Below are positions 17,124-26,743 of a DNA stretch of 64,000 bases, piece after piece. This stretch comes from Terriglobia bacterium (GTDB lineage Bacteria; Acidobacteriota; Terriglobia; Bryobacterales; Bryobacteraceae). Within the stretch, counting starts at the first letter, position 1; the number at the start of each line of letters is the position of its first letter. Below the pieces are notes generated by a model, which saw only the letters and a list, made by a program, of their open reading frames with translations, made no database searches and was not told the origin of the DNA. The translations under genes were made by a program, and so were the position numbers. The stretch covers positions 57,108 through 121,107 of the forward strand of contig CAWBUH010000009.1 in the NCBI GenBank assembly GCA_963791935.1. The letters are read 5' to 3'.

Positions 17124-18182
17124 GTGCCCAAGACACTCATTTACAGCTTCGATCAGATCGATTGGGATACGCCGGGTAAGCGACACTATGACGTCGCCTT
17201 TCATCTCGATTCATCCTGGGGATTCTCGCTCGTTCCGGTTACGGTGATTAACGGATTGCGAAAGCCCTCTTCGCCGGGTTCGAGCAACGGTATTGCCGCC
17301 TTCGGTGGCACTCACGGCAATGAGTGGGAAGGACAGATTGCCGTTAAGCGCCTGTGCCACAGCCTGGATCCCGAGAAGTTGTCCGGGCGTTTGATCCTGA
17401 TTCCGCAGCTCAGTGCAAGCGCGGCAGCCGCGAACACACGAGTATCGCCCCTGGACAACGTCAACATGAATCGCGCTTTTCCAGGCAATGTGAACGGTAC
17501 GATTTCCTATCGGATCGCGCACTTTGTGAAATCGCACATCTTTCCGCGAGTGCGCATCGTAGCCGATCTCCACTCGGGCGGCCTGGAGGGCGGCTTCGCT
17601 CTCTGCACATCCATACACTCGGTGGCCGATCCCGATCAGCGTAGCGAGATGGTCGCCGCTGCAAAACTTTTCGATACGCCTTTCGTCTTCGTCTATTCGA
17701 GCGACATGGCGTCTGGTCTACTCTCCGATGAAGCTGAAGCGGAGGGCAAGATCACCATCGGCGGCGAATTTGGATTCGGGGAAGCTGTTAGCCGGACCGG
17801 GGTCCTTCACGCTTACGAAGGCATAAAAAACCTCCTTCGCCATTACGGCCATCTCGACGAGCCAGTACAACGAATACGAGGGGCAGGGGCGAATGGGCCC
17901 CGTCTTGTTTCGGCGCGTCACCTTGACGCTTACGTGCCTGCTCCACGAGACGGTATTTGGGAACCCGCGGTCGAGTTAGGTGCTTCAGTAGCCGAAAATA
18001 CCGTAATCGGGTACCTTCACGACTTTGCCGAGTACGATCGCGATCCACTCGAGATTAGAAGTTCGAGAGCCGGAGTGGTCATGATGATGCATGCGCCGGC
18101 GTTAACGAGCCGAGGAGTGACGTTATATGTGGTCGCGGACGATATCGAAGCACGCGAGATTGTTCGATTGCCTGAACGCTAA
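17124..18182 (+). CDS. Succinylglutamate desuccinylase/aspartoacylase (AstE/AspA, M14-like) family deacylase
   Basis: GTG start. The zinc-site-like motif GGTHGNEWEGQ and a later ..DLHSGG.. block are as seen in AstE/AspA/DoeB-type enzymes. Confidence 0.7.
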   Translation: MPKTLIYSFDQIDWDTPGKRHYDVAFHLDSSWGFSLVPVTVINGLRKPSSPGSSNGIAAFGGTHGNEWEGQIAVKRLCHSLDPEKLSGRLILIPQLSASAAAANTRVSPLDNVNMNRAFPGNVNGTISYRIAHFVKSHIFPRVRIVADLHSGGLEGGFALCTSIHSVADPDQRSEMVAAAKLFDTPFVFVYSSDMASGLLSDEAEAEGKITIGGEFGFGEAVSRTGVLHAYEGIKNLLRHYGHLDEPVQRIRGAGANGPRLVSARHLDAYVPAPRDGIWEPAVELGASVAENTVIGYLHDFAEYDRDPLEIRSSRAGVVMMMHAPALTSRGVTLYVVADDIEAREIVRLPER

Positions 18183-18241
18183 GCAATGGCGGCGAACATC
18201 TTACCTGGATCGGTCTTTCGTTTCCGGCTAATCTTACAACC

Positions 18242-18937
18242 ATGAAGCCTTCCGCCCCATCCACGCGTATGCCGGCGAACGATTCCGATATCGCTTTGTT
18301 TGAAAAGGTGGAGAGTCAACTCTACACGGCGGTCGTCTGCGATGCACTTGACGACCTTGGATATCGGCATCAAGCCATGCATCAGCGCTTGCGGCCGCTC
18401 TTCCCGGACATCAAATTTGCCGGTTGGGTGCGGACCATCTCGTGTGTTGATGTGTCACACGTTCCAAGTGAGCCATACGCGAAAGAGATCGAAGCCGTTG
18501 ACAGTATTTTACCGGGCGAAGTCGTCGTCGTCTCTACGTCTTACTCGGGTCTGAACGCCCCTTGGGGTGAACTGCTCTCGACCGCCGCTCGGGCACGAGG
18601 GGCCCGGGGTGCCGTGATAGACGGGCTCGTTCGTGATGTGAAGAAGATCGACGAACTCGGATTTCCGGTATTTGCAGCTGGTATCAAGCCTGTCGACTCG
18701 AAGGGACGGGGTCTGGTGATCGACTACAACGTTCCCGTTGAGTGCGGAGGGGTCATCGCGCACCCCGGCGATCTGCTGTTTGCTGATTATGACGGCGTCG
18801 TCATTGTTCCTGCTGCGGTCGTGACTAAGGTTGTCGATATGGCACTCGAAAAAATCCACAGGGAGAATCACAGCCGGCAAGAGCTCATGAACGGCGCGTA
18901 CCTGCGCGACGTGTACGACAAGTACGGCGTTCTGTAA
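18242..18937 (+). CDS. RraA family protein (HMG/CHA aldolase / oxaloacetate decarboxylase-like)
   Basis: WGELLSTAARARGARGAVIDGLVRDVKKIDELGFPVFAAGIKP matches the RraA/aldolase core. Confidence 0.8.
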   Translation: MKPSAPSTRMPANDSDIALFEKVESQLYTAVVCDALDDLGYRHQAMHQRLRPLFPDIKFAGWVRTISCVDVSHVPSEPYAKEIEAVDSILPGEVVVVSTSYSGLNAPWGELLSTAARARGARGAVIDGLVRDVKKIDELGFPVFAAGIKPVDSKGRGLVIDYNVPVECGGVIAHPGDLLFADYDGVVIVPAAVVTKVVDMALEKIHRENHSRQELMNGAYLRDVYDKYGVL

Positions 18938-18942
18938 GCCCG

Positions 18943-19692
18943 CTACTTTGCGGTCCAGCCGCCGTCTACGGGTAGAGTCGCGCCCGTGATGTAAGAGGCT
19001 TCATCGGAAGCGAGGAATGCTGCGGCATAGGCAACTTCCTGGGCGGAGCCGACGCGGCCCAACATAGTTTGCTCGCACTGCCAGCGATAGTGCGGATCGC
19101 CGGCCGAAGGTGAAATGCGTGTCTGTATCGGTCCCGGGCACAGAGAGTTGACGCGCACGTTGTGCGGCCCGTAATCATAGGCCGCGCTGAGAGTGTAGCC
19201 AAGAAGCGCCGCCTTCGTTGCCGTGTAAGCAACGGAGGTCATGCAAGCCGCCAATGCCTGGATGGAAACTATATTCACGATGGAGCCGTAACGCTGGCGC
19301 ACCATGTAGGGCAGGACAGCTTTTGTAAAGCTATGGGTTCCCATCAGGGAGACCTGGATGCAGCGTTCCCACTCGGCGGCAGTCGATTCCAACACTGCGT
19401 GAAACTGCCCAAGGTATGCCGCGTTGTTGCAGAGAATGTCGATGCGTCCAGAATGATCGCCTGCTCTCTGCGTGGCTGCTTGAACGTCAGCCTCGGACGT
19501 GACATCGACTTTCAGGAACTGCGCCTCGCCTCCGCGCTCCACGATCCCTTCCACCACCTGCTCGCCGGCGTTGGTCTCAACATCCGTTACGAGCACAAAC
19601 GCGCCTTCCGCGGCGAACCGCTCGCTAATGGCTCTGCCGATGCCATTTGCGGCACCCGTTACGATGGCAACTTTGTTGGCTAGTCGCTGCAT
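18943..19692 (-). CDS. SDR family oxidoreductase
   Basis: Contains KVAIVTGAANGIGRAI, NNAA, YTATKAAL and a PGPI motif. Confidence 0.9.
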   Translation of the reverse strand: MQRLANKVAIVTGAANGIGRAISERFAAEGAFVLVTDVETNAGEQVVEGIVERGGEAQFLKVDVTSEADVQAATQRAGDHSGRIDILCNNAAYLGQFHAVLESTAAEWERCIQVSLMGTHSFTKAVLPYMVRQRYGSIVNIVSIQALAACMTSVAYTATKAALLGYTLSAAYDYGPHNVRVNSLCPGPIQTRISPSAGDPHYRWQCEQTMLGRVGSAQEVAYAAAFLASDEASYITGATLPVDGGWTAK

Positions 19693-19698
19693 AATTTT

Positions 19699-20184
19699 CT
19701 AGGTGAGACTGAGAACGACGATCGATAGAATTCCGAGCACGAGGCCGGCGATTCCATACGGCCCCACTTTCTCGCGAAACAGGACGACTCCGGCAAGCGC
19801 CACGAGAAACAGCGTTCCTCCAGTGCTAATTGAGAAAGCAACGTGCCCGGCCACATTGCGTGCCAGCGCCAGCCCTGTAAAGAATTGACCGGTGAGGCTG
19901 CAAAGGCCCATGGCAAGCGCTATGAAGACTTCACGAAGGTACGGTTTGAACGGCCTAAAAAATAGCACGGCCAAACTGAATAGCAACCATCCCGAATACC
20001 AGAAAAACAAATATTGGAACTCGTACCGATCCGTAAATCCACGCTCGGCGAGGACCTTCAACCCGAATGCGCCAAGGCCGTTTGTTACACAGGCCAGCAG
20101 CATCAGCTGGAACCAGCGGCTTCCCTGCTTATTCAGAAGACGTCTCCAGAGCAGAGTACCTTGTATGCCGGCTCGTCTGTGCAT
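19699..20184 (-). CDS. DMT-superfamily half-size (5-TM, EamA-like) membrane protein, distal half
   Basis: The 161-aa protein has five hydrophobic segments. Its start overlaps the preceding half-gene by 56 nt in another frame. Confidence 0.55.
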   Translation of the reverse strand: MHRRAGIQGTLLWRRLLNKQGSRWFQLMLLACVTNGLGAFGLKVLAERGFTDRYEFQYLFFWYSGWLLFSLAVLFFRPFKPYLREVFIALAMGLCSLTGQFFTGLALARNVAGHVAFSISTGGTLFLVALAGVVLFREKVGPYGIAGLVLGILSIVVLSLT

Positions 20185-20596
20185 CTTTCCAAAGCAGAAT
20201 CATCGAGAACGCCATCGCGACCAAAGCTAAGACCTTCAACCAGGTGATCGGCTCCTTGTACAAGATGATCGAAAGGAGAGTGGGAATACCGGCGGAGAGG
20301 TTAACGGCCAACCAGCTAGTCGAGATGTCGCCCAGACTCAAGGCGCTCTGCAAGGCTAGGATGGCGATGCCCGCACAGATGCCTACCGGCAAGGCCAGCC
20401 CCAATACGCCGGCCGGCGCAGATAAGCTTCTGCCAGCTATGGATCCGGCAACGAAGAGCGCGAGCAGACACCAGCCACACATCAGAAGACTGATCGGAAG
20501 AGGCCGGCATTTTCGCACTTCTGCAACTTTGTGCAAGATTCCGAGCGAGCTATAACTGAGCAACGAAAGCAGTATGTAGATATGGCCGGAACGCAT
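20129..20596 (-). CDS. DMT-superfamily half-size (5-TM, EamA-like) membrane protein, proximal half
   Basis: The 155-aa protein has five hydrophobic segments. Together with 19699..20184 it would make a canonical 10-TM DMT. Confidence 0.55.
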   Translation of the reverse strand: MRSGHIYILLSLLSYSSLGILHKVAEVRKCRPLPISLLMCGWCLLALFVAGSIAGRSLSAPAGVLGLALPVGICAGIAILALQSALSLGDISTSWLAVNLSAGIPTLLSIILYKEPITWLKVLALVAMAFSMILLWKDAQTSRHTRYSALETSSE

Positions 20597-20749
20597 TCAG
20601 CTCGAGAGTGCCCTATGAGTCTTAAGCCTCAAGCATAAATCAGCACAGGCGATAGCCTCCAAACGGCACGGGCGAAGCATACAGAGGGCTGAACAGCCGG
20701 ATTGGAAAGAACGGCGCGGGCTCGAAATCCTTGTTAGCCTAGACGCGTT

Positions 20750-22153
20750 ATGCGTCGCAGTCTGCAGTTCTCTCTGTTCATCGCTTCGTGCATTTGCTCC
20801 GCCCAGGATGTGACGCTGAGCGTCAATCTTGGTAAGCCCGGCGCACCAATGAATATCAGCCATTTTTCCCTAGGTCAGGGCGGGCTCTCAGCCGACTCCA
20901 TTTTTGAAAGCCGGATTCCAGAGGTGCGAGCGCTCCATCCACGGCTTATCCGGCTCTTCATTCAGGAATACTTCAACCTGATGCCGGCAGCCGACCGGTA
21001 CAACTGGACCGCCCTCGATCGCTCCGTGGATTCGATTGTTGCGGCAAATGCCATTCCGCTGATGAATATCGACTTTAAACCGGCCTTGCTCTATCCCAAA
21101 GTGGACGAAACCATCACCGATCCCACTGATTACTCGCTGTGGGAAAAACTCATCACAGCAATGGTGGAGCACTATGAGCAGCGGCATCCCGGTATCGACT
21201 ACTACTGGGAGATTGCGAACGAGCCCGACATCGGTGAAATGGGTGGCTGCCCCTACAAGTTCACGCCTGAAGGATATGCCCGCTATTACCAGCACACTGC
21301 GGCCGCTATTCGGAAAGCAAACACGCATGCGAGAGTGGGAGGGCCTGCGCTAGCCGATCCCGACTCGCCGTTATTTCCAGAGCTGCTGCGCACCGTCGCC
21401 CGAGACCATCTTCCGCTTGATTTCGTCTCTTGGCATATCTACAACGACAGCCCAACGCGCATTCGCGCGACTATCGAGCGCAAGAAGGAGCAGCTTCGGG
21501 AATTTCCGGATCTTCACCCGGAGACCATCCTTGATGAATGGAACATGTCGTTGCGGAACGGTGAGGTAGATCCGCGTTTTCAACCGGCCTTTGTTGCCGA
21601 AACCGCCTGGCAGATGTTCGACGCCGGCCTGGATTACTCCTGTTACTATCACATTCGCGACTATCACGTTGAGCTGAGCCAATTCACAACCTTTATGTCG
21701 TCTCGTGGGGCGGCCGACATGGCCTGGTGGTGGAATCGAAAGCCGCAGTACGATGGCCTCTTCGATTACCAGAATCACGTTCGCCCTGCCTATTTCACGT
21801 TCCTGTTGCTGGGCCGTTTGACGGGACAGCGGCTAGAGATCTCCTCCACAGACAAACGGGTTCATGGCTTTGCCACCTGGGATTCCAGTATCAGGAAGTA
21901 CTCACTACTCTTCTGGAACTACTCTCGTGAACCGGTACAGGCGCGAGTGCGTCTCAACGGGGCACCTGCGCAACTTTCTGCCGCAGTTGAGCACTTGGAC
22001 GCGCTGGCGCCGAGCGACGACGAGAATATTCGTTTGAAACCTGCTCCCGATGTCCTGGTGAGAGCAGGCAACACGGAGCAGGTGGTAACGCTCGAACCCT
22101 ACGGGATCTACTTCTGGGAACTTGCTCAAAAAGGGAAGGACGACGATAACTAG
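20750..22153 (+). CDS. Secreted glycoside hydrolase, clan GH-A TIM barrel (GH39-like, tentative)
   Basis: A signal peptide is present. The acid/base-type motif YWEIANEPDIG and the nucleophile-type motif ILDEWNMS are spaced as in GH39/GH5-like enzymes. Confidence 0.6.
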   Translation: MRRSLQFSLFIASCICSAQDVTLSVNLGKPGAPMNISHFSLGQGGLSADSIFESRIPEVRALHPRLIRLFIQEYFNLMPAADRYNWTALDRSVDSIVAANAIPLMNIDFKPALLYPKVDETITDPTDYSLWEKLITAMVEHYEQRHPGIDYYWEIANEPDIGEMGGCPYKFTPEGYARYYQHTAAAIRKANTHARVGGPALADPDSPLFPELLRTVARDHLPLDFVSWHIYNDSPTRIRATIERKKEQLREFPDLHPETILDEWNMSLRNGEVDPRFQPAFVAETAWQMFDAGLDYSCYYHIRDYHVELSQFTTFMSSRGAADMAWWWNRKPQYDGLFDYQNHVRPAYFTFLLLGRLTGQRLEISSTDKRVHGFATWDSSIRKYSLLFWNYSREPVQARVRLNGAPAQLSAAVEHLDALAPSDDENIRLKPAPDVLVRAGNTEQVVTLEPYGIYFWELAQKGKDDDN

Positions 22154-22165
22154 GAAAGAGGCGGC

Positions 22166-23317
22166 CTACTTGAACCGATAGCGCTCAATCACGGCTTCGT
22201 CTACTTCGATGCCGAGACCGGGCCCTTCCGGAACCCGCAGATAGCCGTCCTCGAGCCGCAACGGGTTGCGGGCGATGTCGCGGCTCAACGGCCCTTGGGA
22301 CGTGTTGAATTCGATGAAGACCGCGCGCCGCTGGAACGCGTTCAGGTGCAGGGAAGCGGCCGTCAACAAATCGGAGCACCAGGAATGCGGGATGACGAGC
22401 CGGTTCGCACGCTCCGCCATGTGAATAATTTTGCGCGCCACCGTGAAGCCTCCACAGCGTGTCAAGTCGGGCTGTAAAACGTCTACTCCTCCTTCGTTGA
22501 TCAGACGCTCGAATCCCCATTCAGTAGCTTCCTGCTCACCGCATGCGATCAAAGTATCTACTGCAGTAGCTACCTCCCGGTAGCCGGCGTAGTTCTCCGG
22601 ATGCAGCAGCTCTTCCACGAAGAAGGGATTGAACGGCTCCAGCGCACGAACGAGTTGGATTGCTTCTTTGGGTGTACGTTCAACGAACCAGCCGGTATCG
22701 ATCAACAGGTCGCGATCATCGCCGATTGCTCGTCGGGCCGCCTCCACCAATTGAATGTCGCGCTTGCGCTCGCTCCCGAAGACGCCCCAGCCGAACTTGA
22801 CTGCGGTGAACCCTTGATCAACGTACGCCTTGGCCGCCTCGGCCATATCTTCCGGGCGGGGCCGAAACAACGTGCTCGCGTACGCTCGAATTTTAGTGTG
22901 CCAGCGGGCTCCCAACAAGATATGCACAGGCACGCCGTAGGCTTTGCCCGCGATATCCCAGAGAGCAATGTCGATCGCTGAGATGGCCTGGATCGCGACG
23001 CCGCGACGCCCATAGTAGATGCTGCCCCGGTACATCTTGTACCAGAGACGCTCCATCTCTAAAGGATTTTCACCGATCAGGAGCGATGCCAAGCCGTCGA
23101 AACATTCCATGCCGGCTTCACTCCAGCGAGGCGCATCGATAGCGGCCTTGGCGATCGTTGGTGCGGTCTCAATGTCGGAATAGCCGACGAGGCCGGCATC
23201 CGTCGAGACCTTTACAATGCCCAGATACGTTGGTCCGGATGCTTCCTCGGCACCTTTGGGAGTTTCATAAACTCCGGCCGAGTGGAGGACGAACAGCTCA
23301 ACGGCGGTGATCTTCAT
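22166..23317 (-). CDS. Enolase-superfamily enzyme (mandelate racemase/muconate lactonizing family, probable acid-sugar dehydratase)
   Basis: The 383-aa protein has an N-terminal capping domain and barrel blocks ..FTAVKFGWG.., ..LLIDTGW.. and ..FFVEELL... It starts 6 nt after the upstream TBDR stop. Confidence 0.8.
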   Translation of the reverse strand: MKITAVELFVLHSAGVYETPKGAEEASGPTYLGIVKVSTDAGLVGYSDIETAPTIAKAAIDAPRWSEAGMECFDGLASLLIGENPLEMERLWYKMYRGSIYYGRRGVAIQAISAIDIALWDIAGKAYGVPVHILLGARWHTKIRAYASTLFRPRPEDMAEAAKAYVDQGFTAVKFGWGVFGSERKRDIQLVEAARRAIGDDRDLLIDTGWFVERTPKEAIQLVRALEPFNPFFVEELLHPENYAGYREVATAVDTLIACGEQEATEWGFERLINEGGVDVLQPDLTRCGGFTVARKIIHMAERANRLVIPHSWCSDLLTAASLHLNAFQRRAVFIEFNTSQGPLSRDIARNPLRLEDGYLRVPEGPGLGIEVDEAVIERYRFK

Positions 23318-23323
23318 GCCCGC

Positions 23324-26300
23324 TCAAAAATATAGCTTGAGAGCGAACTGCATGATGCGGGGGTCGTAAGCACTGGTGATTTGACCCCCGTGAATCTTGT
23401 CTTCAATATTGGAGTTCGGGAGCATGAAATTGGGATGATTGAAGACGTTGAAGAACTCGGCGCGGAACTCGAGATAACGGCGCTCAGAAAAGTGAAAGTT
23501 TTTGAGCAGCGACATATCCCAGTTCTGGAATTTTGGACCACGTAGGATGTTTCGGCCTGCATTACCGATAGTGAAGGGCTGCGGCACGACGAAGTCGTTG
23601 ATGTTGAACCACTGATTGATGCTAGGGTTCGACAGTGATCCTGTTCCGACAACATCCGGCCGGCGCCCATAAGCATAGTTCACGTTTGCAGGATCACTCG
23701 CGCCAAGCTGGGGAGTGTAGGGAAAGCCGGTCTGAAAGCTCGTGATCCCGGCGAGTTGCCACCCTCCAACGAACTGATCGAGGAAACGAGGGATGCTGCC
23801 TCCGAAGGCCTTACCGCGTCCGAACGGAAGCTCATAGCCGTAACTGAACACAAAACGATGCGTGATGTCGTAGTCGGAAGGCCCCTTCATCGTGTGCAGG
23901 TCGAACGGGTTATCAGCGCCATTCCCGTTCTGATCGTTACTCGTTCCATCCAGCGACTTCTGCCAGGCGTACGATGCGAGGAACGACAGGCCATTGGAAT
24001 ATCTCTTTTCCAGCTTGACCTGCAGCGAGTGGTATGTGCTGTTGTTCGAGTTTGACAGCATCGTTCCGGACGAGAAGGCCGGGAACGGGAGACGCTCCTG
24101 ATAAGGCCGGTTGTCGTTCGGATTCAAAGAGGGCACGTTGAATGGATATAGATTCTCCAGGTGCGTGCCTTTACTCCCGACATAGGCAACTTCGAGCGCC
24201 ATGTTAGGCATTAGCTCCCGTTGAATTGCCACATTCCATTCATCGAGGTACGGTACCCGATTGTGCGGGTCGAAAGTTGCGAGATACGGTGTATTGAAGG
24301 CCGAATTGCTGCTGAATGGCTGAAACAGATTCTCGGCTCGTGCCGTCGGGAAACCATTTACCGCAGGCTGAGCAACGGATTCGTCGACAATGAACGGAAG
24401 ATTCAGGATCGGTTGCGAAACCGTGTTGTTGCCCGACTGCAGCAGGTAAAAGATACCGAAGCCGGCTCGAATGACGGTCCTGTTATCGTCGGTTGGTCGA
24501 TAAGCCAAGCCGATCCGTGGCGCCCAATTGTCGTACTGGTTATATAGCAGCCCGTTGGGAACCCCGGCCTGCTTTGGAGTGGTAAAGAATTGCTGAAATT
24601 GCGGGTAGGCATACTTAGCGACCTGCTGCGTAACCAGATTTGGCGAACCCTTATAGAGCGAGACGGCGATCAGGCCTGTGGCCGGATTGAACCATGAACT
24701 CTGGTTCTGGAAGTAGTCCGGTTGTGGGTTCAACTCATACCGCAAGCCAAGGTTCAGGGTCAGACGGCTGCTGACTTTGTAATCGTCCTGTACGTAGAAA
24801 TGATAGTTGTTGATCGTCTCCCCAAATAGATTGCGCGGAAAGTCGCGGTTGCCGGAACTCGGATACCCGGTCAAAAAATCTGCGAAGCCATCGCCGGTGT
24901 AGCTGCCGCCAAAGTTAAAATCACCCCTCGAATGGGCGGCATTCGTCGAGTACAATCGCGCCTGGCGGAGATCGAAGCCAAACTTGATAGAGTGTGCGCC
25001 TTTGATGGCGGTTACCGAGTCGATGATTTCGTAGGTGTTGGTTGGATTTGTGAGTGGCGAAAAGTCGTTGCCGGAAATGCCTCCATATCCTGTGATGTTC
25101 AGGCTTGGGAAGCCCGGGAAATTTGCCGTCGTTTCCGCAAAACCGCCAAGGCCCGATTGCACTGTATAGTTGGTGCCCAGTCCCTGCGGCGCATCGGTGC
25201 GATACATGCGCGCGTAGCCCAGGCGAAAGTCGTTGATCAGCGTTGGGCTGAATATATGGGTTTCGTCCAGTACGGCATTGTGAGTGCGAAGGCTCACGCT
25301 GCGAGCGCCCACCTGCGGAAATGACCCCGGATTGTCTTGGTCGATGTTGTTGATGGAGTACCGCCCGAACAGCGAATCAGAATCGCTAAACCGGTGATCG
25401 ACTCTGATATTGCCCTGATTGATATTGGATGTGAATGGGGCGTTGTAATAGAAAGTGCCTTGCGCGGTGTTGGGCAACGGAATGAACTGGAGAAAATAGG
25501 CCGTCGACGGATCGATCAGCGAAGCAGGAATTTGATTGTTGACGAAGAGGGCTCCGGTGGTTGGATTCTTCAATTGGACCCCTGAAGCCAGCAGACCCGA
25601 AAAGTCGCCGGAGCGTTGCGCCGCAGTTGGCACAACGGTGTTTGAACTGTTGCCTTGGCTTACGCGAGTGCCCTCATAAGCGGCAAAAAAGAAGGTCCGA
25701 TTGTGCTTGATCGGTCCACCGATCGTTGCACCAAATTGATTCTGTTCTAGCTTCGCTTTATCGCCGGTGTTGAAGAAGTTTTTGGCATCCAGAGCGCTGT
25801 TCCGGAGGAAATCGTAGAGGTCTCCGTGGAACTCGTTAGTTCCAGCCTTGATCGTGCCGTTAATGATGGCGTCACCGCGGCCGTACTCCGCGGAGAAGGC
25901 GTTAGCCTGAACTTTGAATTCCTGAATGGCGTCAACGGATGGCGTAAACTGAATCCCGTCAAACAACTGCTCCTGGTTTGTGATGCCATCGAGCAGAAAC
26001 TCTGTTTTCCCCGCATGTCCGCCGCTCACGGAAATAGTTGTGAAGCCGGTGGGAGAGCCATTCGGCGGACCGACCACGGCCGAGGCCGTCAAGGTAGCCA
26101 ATTGGGCGAAGTTGCGCCCGTTCAAAGGAAGCTCGAGAATCGTGCGATTTGTGATGACCTGTCCAATGGACGCCGTATCTGTGTTGACAACGGGCGCTTC
26201 CGCTTGCGCAGTCACAGTCTGCAGAACGCTGCCCAGCTTGAGACCGACATCGAAGCGCGCACTCTGATCGACTTGAAGCGGTATGCCTGAGATTTGTTGT

Positions 26301-26584
26301 GTCTCAAAGCCCTGACTACTAACCGACAGCGTGTATCGTCCGGTAATCGGGAGAAGGGTGAGTTCGAAGTCGCCTGTCGCCGTGCTGACTGTCGAGCGCT
26401 CGAAACCCGTTGCATCATTCGTAGCCTTGACACTGGCCCCTGAAACAGCAGCGCCGCTCGGATCAGTGACGCGTCCGAGAATCGATGCTGTTTGATCACC
26501 GAATGCAAGACTTCCTAAAACGAAAAGAAATAGAAGAAGCCGTGTTGCGCTCATTTTCACCACCGATAAGGAAGAGTCTTGCAC
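23324..26584 (-). CDS. TonB-dependent receptor with N-terminal carboxypeptidase-regulatory-like domain
   Basis: The mature end reads ..ILGRVTDPSGAAVSGASVKATNDATGFERSTVSTATGDFELTLLPITGRYTLSVSSQGFE. This is followed by plug-like LNGRNF and a long beta-barrel ending ..FALKLYF. The likely start is the ATG at 26554 (MSATRLLLFLFVLGSLA). Confidence 0.9.
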   Translation of the reverse strand: MQDSSLSVVKMSATRLLLFLFVLGSLAFGDQTASILGRVTDPSGAAVSGASVKATNDATGFERSTVSTATGDFELTLLPITGRYTLSVSSQGFETQQISGIPLQVDQSARFDVGLKLGSVLQTVTAQAEAPVVNTDTASIGQVITNRTILELPLNGRNFAQLATLTASAVVGPPNGSPTGFTTISVSGGHAGKTEFLLDGITNQEQLFDGIQFTPSVDAIQEFKVQANAFSAEYGRGDAIINGTIKAGTNEFHGDLYDFLRNSALDAKNFFNTGDKAKLEQNQFGATIGGPIKHNRTFFFAAYEGTRVSQGNSSNTVVPTAAQRSGDFSGLLASGVQLKNPTTGALFVNNQIPASLIDPSTAYFLQFIPLPNTAQGTFYYNAPFTSNINQGNIRVDHRFSDSDSLFGRYSINNIDQDNPGSFPQVGARSVSLRTHNAVLDETHIFSPTLINDFRLGYARMYRTDAPQGLGTNYTVQSGLGGFAETTANFPGFPSLNITGYGGISGNDFSPLTNPTNTYEIIDSVTAIKGAHSIKFGFDLRQARLYSTNAAHSRGDFNFGGSYTGDGFADFLTGYPSSGNRDFPRNLFGETINNYHFYVQDDYKVSSRLTLNLGLRYELNPQPDYFQNQSSWFNPATGLIAVSLYKGSPNLVTQQVAKYAYPQFQQFFTTPKQAGVPNGLLYNQYDNWAPRIGLAYRPTDDNRTVIRAGFGIFYLLQSGNNTVSQPILNLPFIVDESVAQPAVNGFPTARAENLFQPFSSNSAFNTPYLATFDPHNRVPYLDEWNVAIQRELMPNMALEVAYVGSKGTHLENLYPFNVPSLNPNDNRPYQERLPFPAFSSGTMLSNSNNSTYHSLQVKLEKRYSNGLSFLASYAWQKSLDGTSNDQNGNGADNPFDLHTMKGPSDYDITHRFVFSYGYELPFGRGKAFGGSIPRFLDQFVGGWQLAGITSFQTGFPYTPQLGASDPANVNYAYGRRPDVVGTGSLSNPSINQWFNINDFVVPQPFTIGNAGRNILRGPKFQNWDMSLLKNFHFSERRYLEFRAEFFNVFNHPNFMLPNSNIEDKIHGGQITSAYDPRIMQFALKLYF

Positions 26585-26743
26585 CGATGCTAATACGCAG
26601 TTCTTCTGTGCTGCAATCGCTCGGCGAAAGACTGTGCAGCATGCTGAACGAGCAAACCCCCGGCTTCGGGCCGTTCAAAATCCTGGACCTTTCTTCCGAG
26701 TACTCACGCGCCGGGCATTCCGAGTGGGCCGGCAACAATTAGA

